The notes beneath the pieces are model-generated. The model ran no database searches. It worked only from the letters and a program-made list of their open reading frames with translations, and was not told the DNA's origin. The position numbers were made by a program, and so were the translations under genes. Shown here piece after piece: positions 34,415 to 46,818 of a stretch of DNA of 64,000 nucleotides (position 1 is the stretch's first letter; each line of letters starts with the position of its first letter). Source of the DNA: Chthoniobacterales bacterium (GTDB lineage Bacteria > Verrucomicrobiota > Verrucomicrobiia > Chthoniobacterales > DASVRZ01); the NCBI GenBank assembly GCA_038230215.1, contig JBBRNR010000001.1, forward strand, positions 428,498-492,497, written 5' to 3'.

Positions 34415-35697
34415 GCCAATGTGCTGGCTTGGGTGAATTCCGGGAGAATTTGCACCGCATTTGCGACGGATGCGCGCAGATCGGCCGTGGGAACGAGCGG
34501 GCGACGGACAAGTCCGAACGCGCCGACGCCAGCGGGAAACTCGACGGTCGCGGTGTAGTCTTTTCCTTGGATAGCCAGATATTCGAGTGCGCCCCACTCG
34601 GGCCTCCCGCCGAGCTGGCGCATTTTGTTGCTGAATAATTCAAGCAGATCGATCCGGCGCTGGGCGTTCATGCAGCCGACATTTTTCAGAAGTTCGCCAT
34701 CGGGCGAGCAAACAACGAGTTCATCGAGACGCAGCGGCGATGGGGCGGAACTCGGCTTTTGCGCCAGTCGAATGGCACTGAAAGCTATCGGGACCGTTTC
34801 TCGCTGGCGAACAGGTTTGATCGCGATGGAAGCCGTTTCCATTTCCTGCTCCATGCGACTGTAACTCGGGACCGCCGGCAGGCTGCCGTTTTCGAAGGGT
34901 GACCGCACGACTTTGATGAGCGGGCTGGTAATGCGTTGCGTTTTTGGAATGGGAATCGGCCCCGCGTGCGGCGCAGGCAAGCTCTCCTCACCGTCGAGAA
35001 CGCCGCTTTCGTCGAGCAACCGGGCGGATTCCATGAGGAGATATTCCCAGGAATTCGAGATCGTGCACTTTGGCGGATCGAAGAACGGCATGGTGTGAAA
35101 CTCCCCGCCGCGAAGGGTCATAACCTGGTAAAACGCGTCGTAGCCGTCCGAGTTTCCGGCAGTAGCGTGAATGACCGACCCTTCGCGAATAAAAATTTCG
35201 GCGAGCCCGTCATGCGATTTCACCTGGAGAATGAGCGAATTACCGCCCGTGCAGAGCATTTGCAGCATGTCGGCCAGACTCGCCTGCTGGAGGACGCCGC
35301 TGAAACCGCGCGTATGGGGAAATTCCAGAAGCTGGACGAGCGCCGCATAGACGCTTTTCATTTCATCTGTATTGCGTGGTTTCTCAAGAAATAGAGCCGC
35401 GCCATGCGCCAGACAGGCGGTGCGGTATTCTTCCTCGGCGTAACCGGTGAGAATGGCTTTCTGGACGTTCGGGTGCTTTCGATTGAGTAGCCGGAGGAAT
35501 TGCAGGCCGTCCACCACGGGCATCCGGATGTCGATTACGACCACAGTCACGGGCGATTCCTGGAGGATCATAATCGCGTCCCCCACACTGTGCGCCGTCT
35601 CGATCACCAAGGGCGTGCCGGTGCTCCACGTCTTAAAGACGCGCTGGATCGACTCCAGAAAAGCGAGGTCGTCATCGACGAAAAGTAAAGTGGTCAT
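34411..35697 (-). CDS. response regulator receiver fused to DUF4388 (PATAN-associated) domain
   Basis: Start MTTLLFVDDD (35697). Receiver motifs VVVIDIRMPVVDG and ILTGY. DUF4388-like FSGVLQQASLADMLQMLCTGGNSLILQV. Confidence 0.75.
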   Translation of the reverse strand: MTTLLFVDDDLAFLESIQRVFKTWSTGTPLVIETAHSVGDAIMILQESPVTVVVIDIRMPVVDGLQFLRLLNRKHPNVQKAILTGYAEEEYRTACLAHGAALFLEKPRNTDEMKSVYAALVQLLEFPHTRGFSGVLQQASLADMLQMLCTGGNSLILQVKSHDGLAEIFIREGSVIHATAGNSDGYDAFYQVMTLRGGEFHTMPFFDPPKCTISNSWEYLLMESARLLDESGVLDGEESLPAPHAGPIPIPKTQRITSPLIKVVRSPFENGSLPAVPSYSRMEQEMETASIAIKPVRQRETVPIAFSAIRLAQKPSSAPSPLRLDELVVCSPDGELLKNVGCMNAQRRIDLLELFSNKMRQLGGRPEWGALEYLAIQGKDYTATVEFPAGVGAFGLVRRPLVPTADLRASVANAVQILPEFTQASTLA

Positions 35698-35867
35698 TAA
35701 ATAGTGGCGATTCTTCCGCTGCCGGGCCGCCTCCAATCACGGAGACGTCACGGCAGCACTTCTTTACATAGCAACTCGCAAGCCATCCACGGGATTGTGG
35801 CGAGGTTTTGCTGATTTTTTCGGCGCGGGCGCTTTGCCTTTTGAGAGCGCTCGGCGGATAATGGAGC

Positions 35868-36218
35868 ATGGCTGGCTGGCTCAATTCCCTCAAAGACACG
35901 GCTTTAGGTGCGACCGTGCGTCAATTTCTCGGCTCCAAACTCGACGGCTATGGAAAGATCGAGCAGCTCAAAATAGACACCAAAAACCACCTCATCGAAG
36001 TGGAAGTCCGTCTCGAAGGCGAGAATACGCCAGTGCAGGTGATCCTTCGCGGCTACGAAATCGTCGAAAAAGACGGGGTCACCCACATCTCGGCACCCAC
36101 TGGGGCGTTTACCGCGTCGCGCATCTGGCTCGGAAAATTACTTAATGCCCAGCTTGCCGGACGGTCATTTGTCATCCCCGAAAAATACGCGAAATACGCT
36201 CGTGGACTCGTGGGCTAA
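35868..36218 (+). CDS. hypothetical protein (116 aa)
   Basis: Protein-like composition and clean ATG. No recognisable motif. Confidence 0.45.
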   Translation: MAGWLNSLKDTALGATVRQFLGSKLDGYGKIEQLKIDTKNHLIEVEVRLEGENTPVQVILRGYEIVEKDGVTHISAPTGAFTASRIWLGKLLNAQLAGRSFVIPEKYAKYARGLVG

Positions 36219-36236
36219 GATTTCACTCCAAGTCCC

Positions 36237-36737
36237 ATGGAAGACCTTTTGAAAGCCCTTCAGCAACCCGAATACGTTCACGTCGTGCTGAATCATCTGC
36301 CTGTGATCGGGCTCCTCGCAGGGTTGCTGGTGCTGGCGATCTCGATTTTTCAGAAAAGTCGAACCACGTCCATCGCGAGTTACATCGTGATCTTAATCAT
36401 GGCTCTGAGTGTTATTCCCGTCAGCGAATTCGGAGAAAAAGCCGTGGACCAGGTAGAAAGTTTACTTGATGCACCCGCCCACCAATGGCTGCACGAGCAC
36501 CAGGAACGCGCTGAAAAAACGAGCTGGGTCTTTTACGCCACGGCGCTGGCGGCGGCTGGCGGATTATTTCTCCCGAGATTCATCCCCAAGTCCGCCTTGT
36601 TTTTCCTGTGGACCACGCTTTTGGTAGGCGCTGTTGCTCTCGCGGGGGGGATATGGACCGCGGCCGCTGGCGGGAAAATCATGCATCGCGAATTTCGCTA
36701 TTCCCTTCCACCAGTAGAGTCGGCGGCGGAAAATTAA
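36237..36737 (+). CDS. membrane protein, 4 transmembrane segments
   Basis: Four hydrophobic segments. The loop contains HQWLHEHQERAEK. Confidence 0.5.
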   Translation: MEDLLKALQQPEYVHVVLNHLPVIGLLAGLLVLAISIFQKSRTTSIASYIVILIMALSVIPVSEFGEKAVDQVESLLDAPAHQWLHEHQERAEKTSWVFYATALAAAGGLFLPRFIPKSALFFLWTTLLVGAVALAGGIWTAAAGGKIMHREFRYSLPPVESAAEN

Positions 36738-36792
36738 ACCGGCTTCTTTCCGATTGATGTAGGTCTGAGAGCGTGACACTCTACACGTTTTT

Positions 36793-39700
36793 ATGCCCCT
36801 CATCGTCCTCGGAATGCATCAGTCTGGCGCGTCCGTCGCCGCGGATTTGATCGAACGAATGGGTGGCCAGCGACCGGATTTGCGGCGGCTCCACGAGGAG
36901 ATTCTTCATTCCTGCGACACCGAATGGCAGAAAATCGACGAGTCCACTGCCAGGCAAATCGCCTCAGCGGAGTTGGAGTCGTATCAGGGGCGCGCAAGGC
37001 AAATCCTCGGCGAGTTGGAGCCGCATCAGCCGTGGGTTTTGCAGGAATCGAGTCTGTGTTTCCTGGTCCCGTTTTGGCGGCCATTCTTGGAAAACCCAGT
37101 CTGCCTACACGTTGTCCGCAATCCGATGGAAGTCGCCTCGGCGCTAAAAAAACACCACGGCCTCAGCATACAACACGGGCTCGCGCTCTGGGAACTTTCC
37201 ACGATTTCCGGCCTGCAAAATGCCCGGGGCTTGCCGCAAATCATGGTGCACCACGAGGATTTGCGCGATCCCGTGCGTCTTCGTAAACAACTGGAAGCGG
37301 CAGGCGTTGAGGGTTTGCTTCAGCCGTTGGAAAACAGAGTCGAGTTTGAGTCCAATCTGGAAGAACCCGGCTATTATTTGAATCACAAACAGCTCGCACT
37401 CTACGAGGCATTGCAGAGCCAGTCGCCGACACTGGCGGATGATTTTTACACCCTTTCCGAGGGAGCCGTCGAGGCACTTTCCATTCAAAAAACCATCCGG
37501 AATACCTCTCAGGCCAATCTTCGCGAACTCGCCGAAGTCCAGAAATCTTCACGCTCCTCCTGGAAAACCCATTTAAAGCTGACCCGGCTCCAGGAATCCG
37601 CCAAAAACAACCTCGAGGACTCCCTTTCCCTCCTCCAGACCTTCCGCCAGGAGCATCTGAAAACGCTCAACTCGCTACCGTGGATTCTCGGCAATCTGTT
37701 GCATTTTCGCTGGAAAATTCTTAGTCGGACGACGCGCCTTCGCCGGTTGCGCGAGCTGGAGGCGCAAATCGAGGATCAGCGTTACAAAATCCAGCAAAGC
37801 AGTTCCATTTCCATGTCCGAGAGCGAGCAATCGCGGCGCAATCGGCAGAAAAAACCACGTCCCGTCGCGGTCATTATCCCGGTGTTCAATGCCTATGAGG
37901 AAGTCGTCACTTGCATCGAAAACCTCCTGCAGTATACCCGCCATCCGCACGAAATCCTCCTGATTGACGATCGCAGCACCGACGAGCGAGTCTGGCCCAA
38001 ATTGCGGGCGTATGCGAAGGCGCACGATCACATCCGCGCCATCCGCAACCGCAAGAATCTCGGCTACACGCGGACGGTAAACATGGGCTGTGAATTTGCC
38101 CGGCCCTGCGATGTGATTTTGCTGAACAGCGATACCATTGTAACTCCGTTCTGGCTCGAAAAACTAACCGCCGTCGCCTACAGCCGCGCCGACGTGGCCA
38201 CGGTCACGGCCATCTCGAATGCGGCGGGAAATTTCTCCGTTCCCATCAATAAAATTGACAATCCGATGCCCGACGATCTCACTCCGTCCGAGTTCGCTGG
38301 CTGGGTGGAGCGTCTGAGCCGGCGGCGGCGACCGGCGGTGCCGTGCGGCAATGGATTTTGCCTTTTTGTGCTGCGCAGTGCGCTGGAGAAAGTGGGGCCG
38401 TTTGACGAGGTGTCATTCCCGCGTGGCTACGGCGAGGAGAATGATTTTTGCATGAGGGCGCGTAAGTTGGGCCTCCTCAGTTTGATCGACGATGCGACTT
38501 TCATTTATCACAAGCGCACGGCGTCGTTCGGCGCGGCGGCGAAAGCCCCGCTGCTCGAGGCCAGCAAGATCAAGCTCCAGGAGTTGCATCCCGATTACGT
38601 GAAACTGCGCACGGAATGGCTGAAAAACGACCCTGTGGACGAGCTGCGGGCGGAGTTGCAAAAGGCGCCCTGGAGCCGCGGTTTTCCCAAGCCCCAGACG
38701 AAGCCCGTGCTGCTCTACGTGATCCATGCCAGCGGCGGCGGGACACGATTTACCTCGGAGGATTTGATTCGCGGGATGATGGATCACTACGAAGTGCTCC
38801 TGCTGGAGACGGCGGAACATCACTGGACGCTGTTGCAGTCGTTGGGCACGAAGCTAACCCCGCTGCGACGTTATCATTTCGCCGAAAGATGGGAATATTA
38901 CCAGATACTGAACGGCGAGCGCGTGGACGTTTGGTCGGAAATCCTGAGCGCGATGAAAGTCGGCTTAGTCCACTTCCGACACCTCATCGGCAATGGTCCG
39001 GAGGCACTCGCCCTTGCTCGGCAAAAAGGACTGCGCGTCGTCCTTTCACTGCACGATTTTTACACGATTTGCCCCACGACAACGCTGCTCGATGAGCGGC
39101 TCCAGTTCTGCGGCGGCCATTGCACTCCCGGCGAGGGGAAATGCGATTTGCGCGGGCGGTGGTTCGATAACAGCGGCCCAGTTTTGAAGCATGCCCACGT
39201 CCATGTGCACCGGAAATTGATGGCCGATGCCATGGAATGCGACGCGCTGGTGACGACCTCAATGTTCTCGCGGAACTTGTTCGTAGAGTTCTTCCCGCAC
39301 ATCGCCTCGCGTCTGCACGTCATCGAACATGGCCGCGACCTGCAGCGGGAGGATTTCGTCGCCGCGCCCGTGGTTGGGCAGCCGATGCGCGTCATTTGTC
39401 TGGGTAACATGAGCGTCCCGAAAGGCATGAATCTCATTCGAGAAATCATGGCACTCGACCAGGCGGGCGCGCGCCGATTCGAGTTCCATTTCCTGGGCAG
39501 TCTGCCGAAGGAAATCACCGATCTTCCACAACTCGGCGGCGTGCTCCACGGACGTTACAAACGCGAGCATCTCAACCAGTATCTCCAGAAAATCGGGCCG
39601 TCATTTTCCATCGTCTCCTCCATCTGGCCGGAAACGTATTGCCACACGCTCACCGAATCGTGGGCCGTCGGGTTGCCCGTTTTTGCCTCGAATATTGGGA

Positions 39701-39939
39701 CGCTCCAGGAACGCGTCGAGGAGCACGGCGGAGGCTGGCTGCTCGATTATCGCAGTGCCGAGGCTTGGTATCGGGGCATGCTGGCGGTTGTGGACAACCC
39801 TGCGGAGTTTGAGCAAAAGCGCGGTCAAATCCGGCAGATGCCCGGCAAAACCGTCGCCAAAATGACGGGTGAATACCTCGAAATCTACCAGTCTCTTGAA
39901 GACAGATCGGCGACCGCTCGGTCCCCGATGCTCGTCTGA
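36793..39939 (+). CDS. three-domain glycan-modifying protein: sulfotransferase-like N terminus + GT2 + GT4/GT1 glycosyltransferase
   Basis: N-terminal PAPS-loop-like IVLGMHQSGAS. Coiled-coil linker. GT2 signature VAVIIPVFNAYEEV...LIDDRSTD...LLNSDT. C-terminal GT-B signature ICLGNMSVPKG...SIWPETYCHTLTESWAVGLPVFASNIGTLQERVEEHGGG. Confidence 0.75.
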   Translation: MPLIVLGMHQSGASVAADLIERMGGQRPDLRRLHEEILHSCDTEWQKIDESTARQIASAELESYQGRARQILGELEPHQPWVLQESSLCFLVPFWRPFLENPVCLHVVRNPMEVASALKKHHGLSIQHGLALWELSTISGLQNARGLPQIMVHHEDLRDPVRLRKQLEAAGVEGLLQPLENRVEFESNLEEPGYYLNHKQLALYEALQSQSPTLADDFYTLSEGAVEALSIQKTIRNTSQANLRELAEVQKSSRSSWKTHLKLTRLQESAKNNLEDSLSLLQTFRQEHLKTLNSLPWILGNLLHFRWKILSRTTRLRRLRELEAQIEDQRYKIQQSSSISMSESEQSRRNRQKKPRPVAVIIPVFNAYEEVVTCIENLLQYTRHPHEILLIDDRSTDERVWPKLRAYAKAHDHIRAIRNRKNLGYTRTVNMGCEFARPCDVILLNSDTIVTPFWLEKLTAVAYSRADVATVTAISNAAGNFSVPINKIDNPMPDDLTPSEFAGWVERLSRRRRPAVPCGNGFCLFVLRSALEKVGPFDEVSFPRGYGEENDFCMRARKLGLLSLIDDATFIYHKRTASFGAAAKAPLLEASKIKLQELHPDYVKLRTEWLKNDPVDELRAELQKAPWSRGFPKPQTKPVLLYVIHASGGGTRFTSEDLIRGMMDHYEVLLLETAEHHWTLLQSLGTKLTPLRRYHFAERWEYYQILNGERVDVWSEILSAMKVGLVHFRHLIGNGPEALALARQKGLRVVLSLHDFYTICPTTTLLDERLQFCGGHCTPGEGKCDLRGRWFDNSGPVLKHAHVHVHRKLMADAMECDALVTTSMFSRNLFVEFFPHIASRLHVIEHGRDLQREDFVAAPVVGQPMRVICLGNMSVPKGMNLIREIMALDQAGARRFEFHFLGSLPKEITDLPQLGGVLHGRYKREHLNQYLQKIGPSFSIVSSIWPETYCHTLTESWAVGLPVFASNIGTLQERVEEHGGGWLLDYRSAEAWYRGMLAVVDNPAEFEQKRGQIRQMPGKTVAKMTGEYLEIYQSLEDRSATARSPMLV

Positions 39940-39940
39940 T

Positions 39941-40867
39941 TTACCGTCGTCGCAGGAGAAAATCCAGCACGCCGCGCGGACGATGATCTTCCTCCAGCGC
40001 GGACGTAAACGGGCGTCCCTCTTGCTGCGCCAGCCACCAGGCACGAACGATTCCAGCGCCGGAACGAGCCATGATTCTCGCGGCCAATTTTCGCCCATTC
40101 TTCTGAGTCTGCCGCAGTCGCACACGGTCACGGAGCAGGGCGGCACATTTGGAAACGGCATTTTCCGGCGTGATAAACAGACAGTTTACCTCGTCGGCGA
40201 ACCCGAGTTTTTCCAGGATCTCGCTGCGTTCCGTCACCAGCACACTGCCATCGAGCAGGATCTCCAAAAACGCGGGCAGGAAACGTCCCTCGACTCCGCC
40301 GCAGAGCGCAGTCAGATCGCATTGGGCCCGATATTCCCGCTGTAAATGGACCCTGTCCGCCGACAGGAAAGACAGACAGGGAAATGTCTGCATCAGCGGC
40401 TCTACCACCTGACTGCGCCAGGGGTAATCCGAGTCCGACGGCTCTCCGAAATGAAACCCCTCTCCGACCAGCCCCAGGGGGAAAGGTTTTTCCATGGTTG
40501 CGTCCAGGGGCCGCAAAGTTCCCGGATAATTGGCCACACGATAAACAGGGACGGCTCCCATGGTTTCCAAGGCGGTGTCGCCGACGAAGATCGCACTGCA
40601 ACCCAGTTCGGCAGCGAGGCGGAGTTGCTTTTCACTGACGCGCCCGGCGTGATCGGACGGCAACCAGGCGGCGCGAGTTGTCGCGGGTGATTTTTGAGTT
40701 TCCGGCACGCTCTCGACATCCGGGGAAATGAGGACGAGTTCCAATGTATTCACGTCACCCGTTTCCGCGAGACCAGCAAGGAACGAAGGCGGAATTGGCC
40801 AGTCGCGGGCGCAGAAAAAATCATTTCTGGTTCGACTCAGACTCAAATGGAGGCGTGGAAAACTCAT
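39941..40867 (-). CDS. hypothetical protein, possibly glycosyltransferase-like
   Basis: Start chosen at the ATG at 40867, which overlaps the upstream stop (ATGA). Last gene of a translationally coupled minus-strand trio. Confidence 0.4.
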   Translation of the reverse strand: MSFPRLHLSLSRTRNDFFCARDWPIPPSFLAGLAETGDVNTLELVLISPDVESVPETQKSPATTRAAWLPSDHAGRVSEKQLRLAAELGCSAIFVGDTALETMGAVPVYRVANYPGTLRPLDATMEKPFPLGLVGEGFHFGEPSDSDYPWRSQVVEPLMQTFPCLSFLSADRVHLQREYRAQCDLTALCGGVEGRFLPAFLEILLDGSVLVTERSEILEKLGFADEVNCLFITPENAVSKCAALLRDRVRLRQTQKNGRKLAARIMARSGAGIVRAWWLAQQEGRPFTSALEEDHRPRGVLDFLLRRR

Positions 40868-42402
40868 GACGGTGTCTGGCGCACAGCGGCGAGCAGCGGC
40901 TCCAGAAAGGACTGCAACTCGCTTGTGTTTTGCCACGGCGGACGCACCGCGGAAGGCGTTGCGCCGGAAGGATTTACCGCCAGTTCCGCACCGTTGATGG
41001 CCTGCCGGACAGCGTCCAGAACCGGGTGGCGCACGTCGGGAAAAGTCGAGCTAAGCGTCCGTGCCTGGGTCGCATTTCCCGCCAAATGAAGGGCCAGTAA
41101 GTAGGCCGCCCAGACGAGCGGATCGGGACTCGCGGCCCCCCATTGGATGCAGCGCAGAAGGATTCCTCGCAGTGGCGGCAACGCTTCGGCGACGCTCCCT
41201 TTTTTCAAGGCCGCATACGCCAGCAATAATGGCGGCTCCATGGTGAATGGCAACAGGTCGCGGGCAGCCTCGGCAGCTGTTTCGCCAGCAGGAAAATCGC
41301 CCTGTCTCCACGCTTCCACTGCCTCGCGCAGAGCGACTGTGAAGGGCGCCCGGGAGCTGAGGCAAACGCTGGCGCGTTCGCTGTCCGCGCCAGCGAGTTC
41401 AAGTGGTCCCATGACGTCGGGCTGGATGATGCGCTCGCCTGGTTTTTTCTGTTGTCGGAGTTTCAGCCAGTCGGCTATTACGCGCCGGTTTTTTGCGCTG
41501 TGCTGATCGAGAACGAAGGCGCGGCCGCGGTCAGTGATCGCCTGGAGCTCGTCCGGGTGATCGAGAAGGTGACGGCATTTCTCGACGACGGTGTCGGGCT
41601 CGGCAAACACGCAGTTCTCCATGTCGCGGAAGCCGAGATGAATGAGCGTATCGTTGGGCTCGGTGAGAAGGCAGCTGCGAGAGGCGGGAATCTCGAGATT
41701 TTTCTTCATGAAAATATGCCGCGACGCCCCGCAGCCCAGAGCTATGAAACTCCGGTTGAGCATGCGGGCGTAGGATTCGCCGACCATGCGGTGTGAGTAG
41801 CCGCGCGTGGGTCGGGGCGAGCTGAAAACCGGAAATGTCTCCCGCAGACGCGTGGCCACATTGCGCCGCCATGGATAGCGCCAGTCTTTGCCTGTGGAGA
41901 CGAATCCATCTCCAATGAGAGCAACTGGGATGACTTTTTTTTCACCGAAGTCGCGGCACATGGCTTCGTTGACGAACCACGGGCAATAGAAAACCAAATC
42001 CGCGAAGTCCCCGGCGATCTCTCTCATGCCTGTGTCGATAGTGAAGACGGCCTCAACGCCCAGTTTCCAAGCGTGGTCGAAGAATGGCTGTTTGGCTGGG
42101 CTGTGGCCGTCCATCAGGGTGAGCGCGGCGATGGGAATGCCGAGCAGAGCTTGGAAGTTTTGGACCGGTCCGTCGTAGAGCAGCTTGTATTTCGCCCCGA
42201 AAAACAGCACCAAATCCGGTGTAAAACGTTTTGCCGCCGGGATCAGCTCTTTAGCCGACTCCACGACTTCGACCTGAAAGTGGTGCCGCAATCCATCGAC
42301 CCACGGCAGCACGCCGGAGAGATAGAAATATTCCTCGATGCCGGACGTGGAGCCGGTGACGAAGAGCAGCCGGGGGAGGTCCGCCGTGCCGGGTGCGATC
42401 AT
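40864..42402 (-). CDS. CgeB-family/DUF3880-like glycosyltransferase with helical C-terminal extension
   Basis: Start at the ATG at 42402 overlaps the upstream stop (ATGA). The central ...GDGFVSTGKDWRYPWRRNV...MLNRSFIALGCGAS...LEIPASRSCLLTEP...ENCVFAEP...ITDRGRAFVLDQHS pattern resembles CgeB-type Glyco_trans_1_2 domains. Confidence 0.5.
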   Translation of the reverse strand: MIAPGTADLPRLLFVTGSTSGIEEYFYLSGVLPWVDGLRHHFQVEVVESAKELIPAAKRFTPDLVLFFGAKYKLLYDGPVQNFQALLGIPIAALTLMDGHSPAKQPFFDHAWKLGVEAVFTIDTGMREIAGDFADLVFYCPWFVNEAMCRDFGEKKVIPVALIGDGFVSTGKDWRYPWRRNVATRLRETFPVFSSPRPTRGYSHRMVGESYARMLNRSFIALGCGASRHIFMKKNLEIPASRSCLLTEPNDTLIHLGFRDMENCVFAEPDTVVEKCRHLLDHPDELQAITDRGRAFVLDQHSAKNRRVIADWLKLRQQKKPGERIIQPDVMGPLELAGADSERASVCLSSRAPFTVALREAVEAWRQGDFPAGETAAEAARDLLPFTMEPPLLLAYAALKKGSVAEALPPLRGILLRCIQWGAASPDPLVWAAYLLALHLAGNATQARTLSSTFPDVRHPVLDAVRQAINGAELAVNPSGATPSAVRPPWQNTSELQSFLEPLLAAVRQTPS

Positions 42403-43214
42403 GCGTGGCGACCTTTCCGCAGAAAACCCAGATAACGTCGGCGGCGATACATTTCCCAAAGTTGGAAATCGGCGATGTTTGCGTCGCGGATGATGCGTCT
42501 CTCTGCGGCACTCAAGAGGGTTCCCTGGCCGCGATGTCTCACAATGATGGGCAGGGAAACATGGAGAATGTCGGTCCGTAAAATGCGCGCCAACAGCGGT
42601 TGCGGCCCCACGTCGAGTCCCTCCATGCCGACCCAGGCGAAATGCTCCAGACGTCGGCGGGCGTGGTTGTAAAGCCATTCGGATTCCACATCCTGCTGGG
42701 TGGAGACGGCGAGGAGTTTGCTACTTTGCCGGTTGCGAGCAGGCTTGGAAATGGAAGAGGCAAAAAAATCTCCGATCGACAGTTGTGCCTTGGAGACTTC
42801 CTCATGCAGCGGGTGCGTCGTGTCTTGAAGGATGTTGCGGTAGCTGTCCATCGCCCGCCAGAGGGGATTGCCCAAAATAGTGACCCACGAGGAGTCTGCG
42901 AAGAGCCGCCAGAACCCCATCACTTCGCGGCCATGAATAATGTGTCCGCTGGACTGGTTGACGATGGCCCAAAAGCCGATGATCTGATCGGAGGCGGCGG
43001 CCTGCAGCTTTTTATTATTGGAAAACAAGGCGTCGTTCGCCCAATAAAATTCTGCGTCTGGGCAGGCCTCGCGCAGGGCATCACCCAGCAGCGTGGGCTT
43101 CACACCCGGAAGAATGAGAGAAATCACCACGGCGTCTCTGGCGAGGTCAATCAGGCCAGCCTTCTGAGGGCTGCATCGGAATGACTGGCATAAGGGTTTT
43201 TGTTGTGGCAACAC
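42399..43214 (-). CDS. sulfotransferase-family-like protein
   Basis: The 271-aa protein has C-terminal ...EWLYNHARRRLEHFAWVGMEG... and ...AERRIIRDANIADFQLWEMY, which resemble sulfotransferase-family C-terminal blocks. Weak call. Confidence 0.4.
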   Translation of the reverse strand: MLPQQKPLCQSFRCSPQKAGLIDLARDAVVISLILPGVKPTLLGDALREACPDAEFYWANDALFSNNKKLQAAASDQIIGFWAIVNQSSGHIIHGREVMGFWRLFADSSWVTILGNPLWRAMDSYRNILQDTTHPLHEEVSKAQLSIGDFFASSISKPARNRQSSKLLAVSTQQDVESEWLYNHARRRLEHFAWVGMEGLDVGPQPLLARILRTDILHVSLPIIVRHRGQGTLLSAAERRIIRDANIADFQLWEMYRRRRYLGFLRKGRHA

Positions 43215-43363
43215 ATTGGAAGCTCCATGTCAGGCGAGTTTTTTCAGAACCTCCCACGTCTGGCAAGGCGACACTTCGTTTCTTCCGGGGGGAAGAATGC
43301 CAACCGGCCTGAGTTAAAATATTTTTTGCGACTTTTGGGGCCGCTTACAGTTAAATTCTACGT

Positions 43364-43735
43364 ATGCCACCTCAAGAAAATCCAGCAGATCGCCCGCTTT
43401 GGGATTTGCTCGGTCACGCCCGGGAAGTACGCCCGCCAGGCCGTTTCGCCGACGATGTGCTGCGCCGGATTCGGCTGGAGACAACGATGGAACCCGTCTG
43501 GAGTTTTCGCATGTGGCTCGCGCAATCTTGGAAAGTGCTCGCTGGCGTAACGACCGGGATGGCGCTGCTCGTTTCCGCGATTCCAGTTCAGGAAAATCAG
43601 ACTTTGGCCCTGAACGACAGCCCCGACATGTCCCAGTTACTCGCGTCGATACCGGCCAATACTCTGGCAGACTTGGGCGACTTGGATACTTCTCTCGACG
43701 ACAACGAACTATGGCTCGGAACCACTTCTTACTAA
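43364..43735 (+). CDS. single-pass membrane protein (anti-sigma-like architecture)
   Basis: The 123-aa protein has a cytoplasmic N terminus, one transmembrane segment (WKVLAGVTTGMALLVSAI) and a short exported tail. Confidence 0.4.
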   Translation: MPPQENPADRPLWDLLGHAREVRPPGRFADDVLRRIRLETTMEPVWSFRMWLAQSWKVLAGVTTGMALLVSAIPVQENQTLALNDSPDMSQLLASIPANTLADLGDLDTSLDDNELWLGTTSY

Positions 43736-44250
43736 CAGTCGTTGCCTGCGCGGCATCGCTCCCGTGGTTGATTTGCGCCCAAGAAAGTCCGACGCCTCCA
43801 CCCGCAGACCGGCAGCCAAATCAACAGCCGCGTCCGCGCGAGGGACGCGATCCACGATTTCGGGAAATGCGGGAGAGTTTCGAAAAAATGCCGAAGGAGC
43901 AGCGGGAGAGGCTCTTTGATAAGTTTAGCCGTTGGCAGCAGATGCCTGCGGACGAGCAGGCGCATTTGCGATTCATGCAGGAGGAGCGCGAAAAGCGGAC
44001 GCGCCAGGCCATGGAAGACACCATCCAGGCCAGCGGACTGAAATTCGACGACGCCCAAAAGCAGAAGTTCATGGAGATTTACAAAAGAGAGCGTCGCAAC
44101 CTCGAGGAGGAGTTGCGCAAGGAAATGGACCAGCGCCGTCAGGAGCGGCTGCCCGGGCTGCAAAAAAGGGTGCTCGATACCTATCAAAAGGAAGCTGCCG
44201 CACCCGCGCCTAGTCCTTCCGCCAGTCCGGCACCAAGCCCCGCGCCTTAA
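43711..44250 (+). CDS. secreted Arg/Glu/Gln-rich helical protein (DUF3106-like)
   Basis: Start at ATG 43711 (MARNHFLLTVVACAASLPWLICAQ, signal peptide). Repeated FxxMPxEQR / RWQQMPADEQ blocks. Low-complexity APSP tail. Overlaps the previous ORF by 25 nt. Confidence 0.5.
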   Translation: MARNHFLLTVVACAASLPWLICAQESPTPPPADRQPNQQPRPREGRDPRFREMRESFEKMPKEQRERLFDKFSRWQQMPADEQAHLRFMQEEREKRTRQAMEDTIQASGLKFDDAQKQKFMEIYKRERRNLEEELRKEMDQRRQERLPGLQKRVLDTYQKEAAAPAPSPSASPAPSPAP

Positions 44251-44260
44251 TCGTCCTTAG

Positions 44261-46780
<2,520 letters not shown>

Positions 46781-46818
46781 GGGATAAAAGTGGCGGGCAC
46801 CAGTAAAGATTTGCTCCC

